NCBI GenBank assembly: GCA_000320545.1
Contig: ADNK01001072.1
Span: 33,638-97,637 of the forward strand
DNA from: Bigelowiella natans CCMP2755
Lineage: Eukaryota; Protista; Cercozoa
Direction: 5' to 3'
DNA length: 64,000 nt
In this document: positions 1 through 10,263 of the stretch, piece by piece
How the letters are laid out: each line of letters starts with the position of its first letter
Position numbering within the stretch: position 1 is the first letter of the stretch
Program-made: the position numbers and the translations under genes
The notes under the pieces: model-generated
Database searches by the model: none
Seen by the model: the letters and a program-made list of their open reading frames with translations, nothing else
What the model was told of the DNA's origin: nothing

Positions 1-202
1 CCACACACACACAGGCACACACGCACACACGCACGCAAACATACGACGCAATAGCACCAGCACATTCGAATAACATGTGTATAACATAGATACAGAAGTC
101 ATACTTCTTCTCCTTCCTCCCCCCTTGCTCTCTTGCTCTTATGATGATGATCGTCGTCATCATCATCATCATTACTATCGCTATCGCTGTATATGCGGTT
201 AG

Positions 203-2016
203 ATTTGAATACTACCAAGTCGACGTCACGACGGTGAGCGCAGTAGCAGTAGTAGTGATAGTGGTAGTAGTACTAGTAGTAGCAGTAGTAGTAGTAGTAG
301 TAACACCAACAGATATGCACGCCTAAGGAGAGATGAAGAGTCCCTTCCCCCCCTCCCTCCCCTGCATAGATATGATCAGCATTACACTCGCAGCATATCA
401 TCGCCTCTATCATCATTACCGGCAATGATGCGTTGAGGAGAGTCGGGCGTTGATTCGTTGGCCCTTCGGTATCTTACACCACGAACAACCTTAAAAAAAA
501 GGTATTCGCATATCCGGACATTTCGTCGGAGGATGGCAAAGCCTTAACGAGCAACTGCGATTTTGTGAGTGACTAGGATGACGACTACACCTTGATGATC
601 CATGTTGGGAGATGATGATTCATCATTGGCCTTCATGTCATTCGGAGCAACTCCTCCTCATCACATTGAATTGTTGTTGATCATCAGCGGGCGAAGCTGA
701 AGAAGGGTGATGCTGTGCGAGTGTTTCGCTCCTCTCGCCAAGAATGGCTCCCGTGCGTCGTGGATTCGGTGTGTGGATAAATACATAGAATAGCCCTTCC
801 CTGGGACGAATGACAATGACAATGATGGTGATGATGATGATGATGATACCTTCTTCAAGTTGAATAATATCCTTACGTCATCATATCATAATCACCATCG
901 TGATTACTCTGTGCATTCAGCATTTTCCCTCCCTCTTTCCCCCCCGTCAATATATCGTTCATTTCATCAAGGTCACGGAGAAGTGCATAGTAGTTAAATT
1001 TGAGGATAACAGTACGAAGCAGCTGGCGCGCTTTGGACCCGAATTGGAGAAGAAGGTGCGTGTGGTGTAGTTGGTAGCTGGGAAGATGTTTTTGGTGGTA
1101 GCGGTGTTTAGGGGGAGGGGGGGGGGGCAGGTTAACGATGGGCGCCAGTCTATAGGTCTCTAATAATAACCCGATGTACGAATACAATTTTAAGACATAT
1201 ATGTACACTTTTACCACTATCCAAAACTCAAACCTTCAATGTTGTTTTGCAATTCATGACATTCTACGGGTTCTTAGTGTCAACAACACGTGTCGCTCCC
1301 CCCCGTCCCCCCCCCCTCTCTCTTTTTGCCACCATCCACCAATCCACCATCCATCCATGATTAGGACCATGACGTGCTACCAGAGGTGAGATACGAAGTG
1401 GAGGTGGAGCTTCTTCCTGATATTCTTACTGAGGAGGAATCGAGGAAAAGGGTGAGAAGGCTACTGATACTACACTACTAATACTACCGCTATTGCTACT
1501 AATGCTGCTCCCATTGCTAATGGCAACCACCACCTCCTTAAGACCTACTGAAAGACGCATTCACTCACTCCAAGACCACACCCACTTTCTTCGCAGATTC
1601 TCTGGAAATGGCTTCAGTGCATCCTGCTACTCCGGAGCCATGCAATGGTTGATTTGGAGCAATGATGATGATGACGATGATCGTGATAGTCCCCCCCCCC
1701 ATCGGCATATTGCATAAAGCCCTCGTACCCATGTGCAGCACACACCACACTCCACACAGATATTCTACGACAAATCAGAATATTTTGCGCGCGGTTACTA
1801 TCATCATCTCCTTCTTTTTTTTAAATTTGGCCGTTTGCTGAACTAACATCCGCCTCCTTGCTTGTGTCTCTATCGTTACCTCAGAGACCTTCATATACAC
1901 CCCAGCAGGTCGCAGCTCTCCAAGGCCGGCCAAGGACAGGAGAAAAACGTAGCAGATCTCACCACTCAACGACGACATCGTCAAATAAGCGTGGTAAAGG
2001 GGAGGGTGAGAGTTAA
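203..2016 (+). CDS. 3' part of a spliced gene: putative CYTH/Cet1-type RNA 5'-triphosphatase-like protein with an inserted Tudor/SH3-like module (5' end lies upstream of the window)
   Basis: In-phase GT-AG exons read by eye: 203-233 (FEYYQVDVTT), 502-564 (VFAYPDISSEDG...), 688-768 (RAKLKKGDAVRVFRSSRQEWLPCVVDS), 972-1055 (VTEKCIVVKFEDNSTKQL...), 1365-1451 (...VRYEVEVELLPD...), 1597-1647 (ILWKWLQCILLL), 1885-2016 (ends TAA). QVDVTTV and YEVEVEL resemble the xIDLTxV and YEVELE strands of triphosphate-tunnel enzymes. Confidence 0.5.
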
Positions 2017-2448
2017 TAGTTAAGTGAATGAAAGCATGATGATGGTATAGGAAAGTGCGCTGGATAACTTTATCTGCGCTATTTGATGTACATTAAAATA
2101 TATATAATGGGTTAGAAGATTTGCTGCTTTTGATGCGAACAAAGCAACCAAAGCTATAGAAAGCAACAAGGTTAGCATACATACCTAGCACGTGCGTGAG
2201 ATGGAGCTGTCGCACTTGTGGGCGCCCGCCATAAGTCATGCCCCAGCCAAGCTCTAATAAACACTTGGCCTCGCACCCATAGCTAGATAGTGATGCATAG
2301 TGGATACATCTCCATTGCAAGGCCTTCTGACACCGTAGGCACATGCACGCGCTGTGCTGCGCTAGCTTCGCAGCTAGTCTAGCTAGTGTTACAGCAGCAC
2401 ATTCGTTGGAACAATTTCACATGAGCGCACATGTCATGGGAACATGAG

Positions 2449-2800
2449 CGCACATGTCATGGGAATGCAGCAGCAAGCAAATCATCCTAGTCAATTGTTG
2501 TGACGGATGTTGCCGCAACCGGCCCGTTACGTTCCATTGGGAGCAGTTACCAAGTCGCAGTTTCGGTTGTTTGGACACGAAACGGAGGCAGTTTAGTGCA
2601 GACGACTTGGCGCGACTTCGGCCATTGGAACGGACCGACGACATGATTCAACAGCCCGTCTCATCAGGAAGCTAGGCAGCACTGCGCGACGGGCAGCTGA
2701 GCGCAGTTCATGCTGAATGTTTGAGCAAGTAGCTCATTGTTTGTTGTGCATGTGACAGGTTTTCACTTGACAACACATTGCATCGTTGATGAATCCAACG
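2449..2800 (+). repeat. ~350-bp dispersed repeat, copy A1 (direct-orientation partner at 9167-9515)
   Basis: Nearly identical to 9167-9515 (gtcatgggaatgcagcagcaagcaaatcatcc...gatgaatccaacg). Overlaps a 23-bp tandem duplication (acatgagcgcacatgtcatggga) at 2419-2465. Confidence 0.95.
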
Positions 2801-4725
2801 GATCAAGAGTCCATCACTTGCCGGTGTGCGGAGAAGCTCTCAGCTGTCAGCTGGATTGATGCAAGCTCTCCGTGAAAGTGAAGAGAATTGATGAATTCGA
2901 TGGCAAGAAGGAGGAGGCCGTGTTTTTCCTGAAGTCCACACAATCAGAAGTGCTCAGCGCAGGTCGAACGCATTGGCGAGTTCTGTTAGGCAGAGGTGTC
3001 TTCTCTGGTGTGAAGTGTGACCTGGAGTGCGACGCCACTGAAGAGGATTTCGATGCATCTTCTGATGATGGATTGGACGGTGAGTCAAGAAGGAAAAAGA
3101 ACATGCCCAAACTTGAAAAGGGATCTGACGATGAAGCTGCAAGCGACCCGCAAGAAAAGGCCAACCGGAAGAAAGCCCACAAAACTCAGCGTGCTTGCAA
3201 CAAATGCTCACAAAAGATTTGCAATGTCATCTTCTCGCGTCTCACCTCAAAGGTGTCACCTTCAATTGACCAGTGTGACATGGAGACGGGAGATGGGCCA
3301 GGGCTGCATCGGGCCCTTCAGGATGTCCATGTGGCAGGAACGGAAAATGGATTTGCAAGCATTTTCAAATTCGTCAACGTGAAGCAAGAAGGACCTTTGG
3401 CTGAACTCGAAGATTGCACCTTCAAGTTCAATCAACTGTGTCGACTGTTGGAGGAGAGGAGCAGCATCATCTCTCCGGACATTCGAAATGTGACACATTT
3501 GAATGGCTTGAGCAAAGATTTTGATTTGATCAGAGATCGCATTCGCGATGAAGGAACCTTGAACGAGTCAAGAATCGAAGACATCTTGAGACGAGTCAGG
3601 GGTGCTGCAGAAAGAAACGGAGAAAGAAAGAAGGACAAATGTGTGAAATCCATCTCCAAAAGCAACGGCCCACGGATGCTCTTGGCTCCAGATGGCAAAG
3701 ACAAGTTCAATCGGAAGCTCAAGTGTTTCAACTGCAAAAAGCATCATCCTGGCGGAGAACGCAGCTGCACAGAACCTTGTCGAATTTGCAAACAGCCTGG
3801 GCATGCCAGATGCAATTGCAAACTCAGGAACAAACAGTCGCCCCACACCCCAACGAGGGGAAATGATGCTCACTTGGCAGTTTCTCATTCGGGCAAAATG
3901 CCGAATTGGAAAGTCGGAATTTCATCTGGAGATGAAGGTCTGATTGCAGCTGATGAAGCTCTGTTCAGCAACGAGATTCACACCACATGCGTCGACAGCG
4001 GCGCTGCGAAACATTGTGTGAGCTCAGAGTTCATTGAATCACGAGCTTCAGAGGTGACGGATCACGTCACCGAGCAAGGCAGTGTTGGCACTGCTGGTGA
4101 TCAAAGGCTGGAGATTGCGGGTTCTGCCAACGTGGCAGGATTGAAAGGTGTCAAGATTGTCAAGGGTCTCAAAGCAAGTTTGGCAAGCGTTTCTGAAATG
4201 TGCAAAGAGGACAATTGCTGTCTCGCATGCAGTGCCGACAAGGTTTGGAAAACATCGAAAGACAGTCTGACCCTGCCGGACAACGCCATCTGCATCGGCA
4301 CTCGTTCGAGAGGATTGTGTGTTTGCAATTTCAGCACCTTTGAAGAGGATGCATCGGATGAAGCACATCTCACTGACAGCGCTCCTGCGAATGTGCTCTT
4401 CAAATGGCACCAGATCTTGGCACATCTGGCTCCAACAAGTTTGCACAGAGCGGTGAAAAATGGCACAATTGACATTCCAGAAATTGACCGTTTGTCTCCT
4501 GCAGAGCTGGAGAAGGCATTCAAGGAGTTTCCTGAATGCAAGACTTGTGGTGAAGCTTTTGGTGTCAAACGCAATCGTCGCACCGCGTTTCAGCGTGTGC
4601 TCGATTCAGGCAAAACTCAGGGTTGTCAAGCCGATCAGGATCTCATGTGGCCTTGGACACCGTGCTCGAAGGAGGGACATCGCGGTGCGTCATCATTTGG
4701 CTGGATTTGGGGAAATGTGGGATGA
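2801..4725 (+). mobile_element. Truncated, TpA-hypermutated Ty1/copia retrotransposon fragment (gag, protease, integrase N-terminus)
   Basis: ORF 2872-4725 has a gag zinc knuckle CRICKQPGHARCNC (CX2CX4HX4C), a copia protease motif VDSGAAKH, SLASVSEM (cf. NLLSVSQL), GLCVC (cf. GLYxL), and a pre-integrase WHQILAHL...CKTC (HHCC). It breaks off before the integrase core; no RT or RNaseH. Intronless, with no Tyr in 617 aa. Confidence 0.88.
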
Positions 4726-5192
4726 TCATTTGCATGGCAAATGACAGAGCAATCCTGACTGTGTGACCATGGACACAGCACATGTCACATGTGCATCATG
4801 TGTGTCATGTGCACGCATGTCCATTGTTGTTGAATGAACACGCACAAATGAGAACTTGAGTTCATGCATGTGTGTAGCCGATGCACGATGATGAATGGAT
4901 TGAGCTTTGAAAAAGACACAACTCAAGACAATGCAGAATGTCCGTCAAATTAGCGGATACTCATTGTAGACACGTAATGTCATACATGTATCACATATGC
5001 TATTACTATGTCTATTATGTAGCTGCTGCTTTGCATAGCTACATTAGGATGACTATTTTAAAGATTTAATCACTCCATTACATCCGTCTCATATCCATTT
5101 ACATGTAATCTTCAACATTTTACATTAAAAAATCATCTAATCATTACGGCTCAATTACGTTTATACATCAATATTTTCACGCAGCTGCAATG

Positions 5193-7509
5193 TTATATCT
5201 GCGAAATCAGCTCTGGGTTGTTTTCCAAAGAAAATGTCCACTCAAGAGCTAGAGCTACGGTAGATCCATGATTCACAACACCGTGAGCCCAAAGGTTGGG
5301 AATGAATATAAGATCGCCTTCCTCTTGCTCACATTCAATTTTACTCCTGGGATGATACTCAGCAGCGTGCTGCTGCTGTGGCCTCATTGTCCAATCTTTC
5401 ATTTTCATTTTACTGTAGACCCTCTCACTTGGAGGTAGGAGCGTCCAGCTCTTTTTGCCATACACAACAATATTAAAGGCATACATATGGTGATGCATAG
5501 GCGACCCACTTCCATCAGGACCGAGGAAGAGCTGTGTCGTAACTTTGTGCGATTTGCTTTGTAGATGCTTTGCAAATGAAGGGAAACCAAAATGCACTTT
5601 CCCATCACGAGACGAGGCTATTTCCGCCCTTCGTGCGCCCTCCTCCTCTCCTACAGGGCCTTCCTCAACGATTACTAAGTATGGGGCGGTTTCTTTCGAA
5701 TTGCTGCTGCTATTACAAGTGGACTGCCGCTGGGTGTGGTTGGAACTACCGTATTCACAAGGGATGTATCGTTTCAAATATTTTCGTACCGTCGTTCGGC
5801 GGGTGCGCAGACCATGTTTATGAGCGTATGGAATCTTACTAACCTCCACCCTTTTCCTCCCGAGGCGCGAAAGTAACCCTTTCCTACTCATTGTCGCTCT
5901 TAGTTCGTCCCACCTCTCGTGCTCCAATGCTCCCGTAACGAGCACGGGCTGAGAGCGGTACAAGAATTCCACAAGAAACCTCTCTACTGTCATATTTGCT
6001 GCTGGAATGACGGAAAAGTCGCAGCGAGCTCTTTCTTGTTTTCGATACCTATTGTCTTCCTCATCGGAGCAGCTTCCCCCTTCGCCATTTCCGATTTCCG
6101 TTCTACAGACATTTTCACGAACATCAGCATCACCCATATTCAAACTGCCGCTGTTTGGATATTTTCCATGAACTTCTTGGACAGAAGGGTCGAAGTGATC
6201 CCTAGACTCGTAACCTCTACCGAAGGAATCAAGTCTTTGCCCATTGTTTACAATTGTGAAAAGTTCATAATCATGCAAAGCTGAGTGGAGGCTTGGATAA
6301 TCCATCGGACGGTATGTTGGTAATATTGAAGGGGATGGTGATGCTAAAGAAGATCTTTCTTTTCCCTTGAGATTAGCACCATGCGAAAGGAATAACCGCA
6401 CTACCCAATGGAACCCTTCGATTGTCTAGCGTAACATATACAATCAACAAACAGACAACAACACCTTGATGAGCTATTCCCAAAGTTTTGGTTTGTGTGA
6501 AAATGTTTCATTGCGACCAAAAAGTATGAATAGTGTTAGAAAGAATAGTTTTATGTATACTGCGAATCGCAATGGGGTGAATCCTAGCGAGTCCTGGGCG
6601 TGAAGGAGAGAAGGTTCCGTTTTCAAAACAGCACTGAAGACCTAGAGAGTACAGAATCGCAGATAATGAAAATGCAAAGACCTCAAGCATTGGAAAAAGG
6701 AATCTAGTTGCCAATGACCTTCGAAAATCGAAATTTCAAAGAGCACACAATTGCTTTTCGAGAGACGGTATCCGGGCTGTGCATACCGCACGCTACAAGC
6801 TCACGTAGCGAAACATCTTTAGTGTCCTTCAATGCGTTTTCTAAAGTTGCGCCTACCTTTATTTTTTGAAACGTTAGCATTCCGTGCAAGCGTATATTGC
6901 AATTAGAACTTCTTGGTAATAGATTGATTGTGCCCCACCTTTGCTTTCAGCAAGTGCAATGAGCTGAAAGTAGCTTTGATTGACATGACGGACACCAAGA
7001 AATGTAGCACATTCCTGTTTGAAGGGGTGTCCAATAATTCAGTTCGTTTGTATAAATGCCCGCTTTCATCTAGCTGAGAATTGTATTATTATACCCAATT
7101 CCTTGCCGATGTCTGCTTTCAGTATCGTACAAGGAGAAAGCCCGGTCGTTCCCTATGCATTCTCGTAGGAAGCTTGGTTTGGCGTCGTTGCCTGAATTTG
7201 TACTTGCATTCATAACTCAATCGACTTCAACTGGTAATCCTCTTTCAATTTTCAGTCTATTACCAAGATGCTTGAGCACTTCTCTCTCTGTATGGTTGCC
7301 CTCGAGCAACATAACCAGCTCTGATCCACACCTCCAAGTTTCACGGAGGACGTGCGACTCAGACACCGTGTTCCTGAAAGATATCATTCATGGTCTGTTT
7401 GCCTGGTACACGATACAGAATCAGCCCACCTATGCGCACCACTGAGGAGAATTGGAGCCCATGCCAGCGCTGCGAGCAGCCACAAAGACCCGGAAGGGAC
7501 GCCGGTCAT
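5193..7509 (-). CDS. Signal peptide + ankyrin repeat + JmjC (cupin) protein, JMJD8-like
   Basis: ATG at 7509 begins MTGVPSGSLWLLAALAWAPILLSGAH. Ankyrin segments LHAQDSLGFTPLRFA and GFHWVVRLFLSHGANL. The large last exon encodes QPVLVTG...LFLGPDGSGSPMHHHMYAFNIVVYGKKSWTLLP...CEQEEGDLIFIPNLWAHGVVN. TAA at 5193. Confidence 0.85.
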
Positions 7510-7859
7510 CCGGCCGCGCTTACGAGTAGATAATCTCCCCTCCTCCTTTTTCTCCTTCGAGAGCGGGGATTCGGCTCGAAGCCCCGGCGGAAGAACTCCT
7601 GCAATCTTCGATCACATCCCACTCGAGACATCACCCACATGCCCCTTTCGAAATTATCACGAAACAGGTCCTATTTTCATGTCGCGTCAACATTCTTTCA
7701 CGACTAAAACAAACACTTTCAAATCGCCAAACGTCGAAAGGATCTTGCGAGCTCAGAATTGCCCTCCCCAGGCTGCTCGGAAGGAGGTTGGTGACCGCTG
7801 AGACACGTTGCTAAAATGCCACTGGGGGTAGCTTTCACTGCAAGTCTCCGGGGAAGGAA

Positions 7860-9138
7860 GAATCCAGGCCAGCAGCAAAGTTGGATGAAGGAAGGAAGGG
7901 CAGGAGGACAGCTGTTGCGCGTAAGGTGTTCACAGGCCGAGGCGCTACGTGCACAAGTAGGCAGGGGGGGGGAAGGCACGTTTGCTTCCTTTTGAAGAGT
8001 TATGTTCATTTTTGTCAAAGATTATATTTTTATTAAATCGTGCACTGCGTAATCATTCGCGAAGCTTTCGCGAATGCCGCCGCACGTGGGGCAGCACACT
8101 TCCGGTGTGCTGCCATGAGTCCCGCCGGAACCCACGTGCCTATACTGTATTAATATCTACGTTATCTATATTCTATATCCGCGACAACCCCTTTGTTGTC
8201 GCACGTGACTTGTGCTCGCGTAGTAGTACGCGCTACACAGCTGCGTGTGCACAAGCGGCTGCCTCGATTCTCTGATGATGTTTTGACCTTTTTCACATGC
8301 ATGCACCAAGTCAACTGTCATCAGGCGAAATCACCTGAAACTGCATGCATGACATCGTGCTGCAGAAGGAATGGCCGTTGTTTTTGTCTGCTCTGGCTCT
8401 GGCACGCTTGCCAGGACAGTTTTCAACGATGCGCTTGGTCACCTTTTCTGTCCTGGAGCACGCGGTGACAACACATCGCCCGTGTGTTGCACTTCGCAAT
8501 TTGCTGCACAGCAAATTGAAGGAAAGGGCAGCGTGTTGGAGTGCTTTGCACTCAATGCGCGAAGTGCATGCTTGTGGCAGCAGTGGCAACGCCGGCGGGC
8601 GTTTGCAGGCTGCGACAAGCAGTGCAGAACGGGCTGCCAATGCAGGCAGGTTCTGTGCCTGCGACAAGGCAGGACAGTGCTGCATCAGCCATGTGCCAGC
8701 AAAGGAAGTGGGCGCGTCTTCCTCAAATCTGATGCCCGTGACAAGCACCCACGGCTGGGGTGCAAGGTGCGCGGAGGGAGAGGGGGGGGGGAGGGGAACG
8801 AAGATGGTCACGTGGGGAGGGCATGCATCCACAGGTGACGTGAACATCCACAGGATGTGCAAAAACAAAGTTGCAGAAGCAAACGTTGGAGTGCTTTGCA
8901 CTCGAGAGCAGGAAGTGCGTGCTCGTGGTTGCAGCAGCAGCGACAAAGCAATGTTGCGGCGTTCTCCAGCTGCGACAAGCAACCAGCAGCACAAGTTGGT
9001 TTCAGGTGATTTTGCCTGATCATTGAGTCGTGCATGAAAAGCCACGTTGTGCGTCAACAAGAGAATCGAGGCAGCCGCTTGTGCAGCTGTCCTCCTGCCC
9101 TTCCTTCCTTCATCCAACTTTGCTGCCAGCCTGCATTC
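7860..9138. mobile_element. Non-autonomous foldback-like element with long imperfect inverted arms, largely TpA-free
   Basis: 7860-7914 plus ~8247-8342 match the reverse complement of ~8998-9138. Internal imperfect direct repeat ~8530-8620 vs ~8883-8980 (gttggagtgctttgcactc...gctgcgacaagc). No TA in 8236-9306. Confidence 0.65.
7915..8243. mobile_element. MITE-like ~330-bp insertion that retains TA
   Basis: Interrupts the left arm of the foldback element. Flanked by ACAGCTG at 7908-7914 and 8237-8243. Imperfect terminal and subterminal inverted matches (tgcgcgta/tacgcgct; gcacaagt/acttgtgc). Central hairpin cattcgcgaa-gct-ttcgcgaatg at 8054-8076. Confidence 0.5.
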
Positions 9139-9166
9139 TGCAGCGCGCCGCCCTCTGCTTCCAACA

Positions 9167-9515
9167 CGCACGTGTCATGGGAATGCAGCAGCAAGCAAAT
9201 CATCCTGGTCAATTGTTGTGACGGATGTTGCCGCAATCGGCCCGTTCCATTGGGAGCAGTCACCAAGTCGCAGTTTCGGTTGTTTGGACACGAAACGGAG
9301 GCAGTTTAGTGCAGACGACTTGGCGCGACTTCGGCCATTGGAACGGACCGACGACATGATTCAACAGCCCGTCTCATCAGGAAGCTAGGCAGCACTGCGC
9401 GACGGGCAGCTGAGCGCAGTTCATGCTGAATGTTTGAGCAAGTAGCTCATTGTTTGTTGTGCATGTGACAGGTTTTTGCTTGACAATGCATTGCACATCG
9501 TTGATGAATCCAACG
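9167..9515 (+). repeat. ~350-bp dispersed repeat, copy A2
   Basis: Direct repeat of 2449-2800. Most substitutions between the copies are TA/TG, TA/CA or CA/TG pairs. Confidence 0.95.
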
Positions 9516-9920
9516 ACATTTCAACCAGATGTTTTCGTGCGCACGTAGTCATCAGCTGCAACAACAAACAGCACACATGTCACGTGCCAGCGGCATGTAC
9601 GAAATGCTTGGTGACCAAAATGATTGCGGGGCGATCTTTTCTGATGCATTGTTGCTTGTGCATGCATGATTTCTCATCACTCCAGCAAAATGCAGCTGGC
9701 TAGCTGGCTAGCTGGGTCGGTGTGCACCTTCGTGTCCCGCAGAATTGCATACATGTGCACTGTGCGCAGTCCCAAAAAACGCAAGCCAGACGACGCCGCA
9801 AAATTATGAGTCCTACTACTTGGTATCCAGCAAGTACGTCTGTATCGCTGTACGAAGCTACGCTAATAAGCTACGTTCAAAGAGAGAGATGATGCATCTG
9901 CGGCCGACTATTTGTGCCGC

Positions 9921-10231
9921 CTACAACTCATCGTGTGTTTTCTCTGACTGCTGTTCTTCAGCGCCACCACTCCCTCCTGATCTCCCTTCACCTTCGTCCT
10001 CACTATCGTCGCCGTCAGGTGTAAGTACAAAGAGGGGTTCATAGCTAACCATGTATGGCTTCGGAGCGTCCAATTTCCTTTCGTGCCACCCAACACGCGT
10101 GACCGTTCTCCAGCCCTATAACGATAACCAAGTATTTCACTCACAGTCGAATGCAGCATATGCGTATGGTTTCTTAGTCGGTTATACAGAGTTATGAATG
10201 TTGATGACAGTGATAAGATAGGAGTAATGCT

Positions 10232-10263
<32 letters not shown>

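Larger units (their letters stand above)
2400..4950. other. TpA-depleted tract 1
   Basis: No TA between 2989 and 4874. The eight TAs in 2400-4926 are at 2488, 2528, 2548, ~2594, 2673, 2730, 2987 and 4875; six are in TAG context. Confidence 0.95.

Noticed and set aside
2449-2800. Repeat A as a confirmed copia LTR
   Set aside because: No clear TG...CA ends, primer-binding site, polypurine tract or target-site duplication; kept only as a low-ranked hypothesis.
2872-4725. Alternative genetic code or codon bias explaining the lack of Tyr
   Set aside because: TA is absent in all frames and in non-coding flanks. Host genes use Tyr codons and end in TAA, TAG and TGA normally.
2400-4950. CpG methylation decay or fungal RIP as the cause of TG/CA excess
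   Set aside because: CpG is abundant and TA is the missing dinucleotide. RIP would increase TA and introduce stop codons.
5193-7509. JmjC gene as the enzyme behind TpA loss
   Set aside because: It has a signal peptide and JMJD8-like features, and adjacency carries little weight in a eukaryotic genome.
8311-9388. Long overlapping ORFs (286, 224, 155 aa) on both strands
   Set aside because: No recognisable domain, Tyr-free and inside repeats. They are open because TAA/TAG are missing from TA-free DNA.
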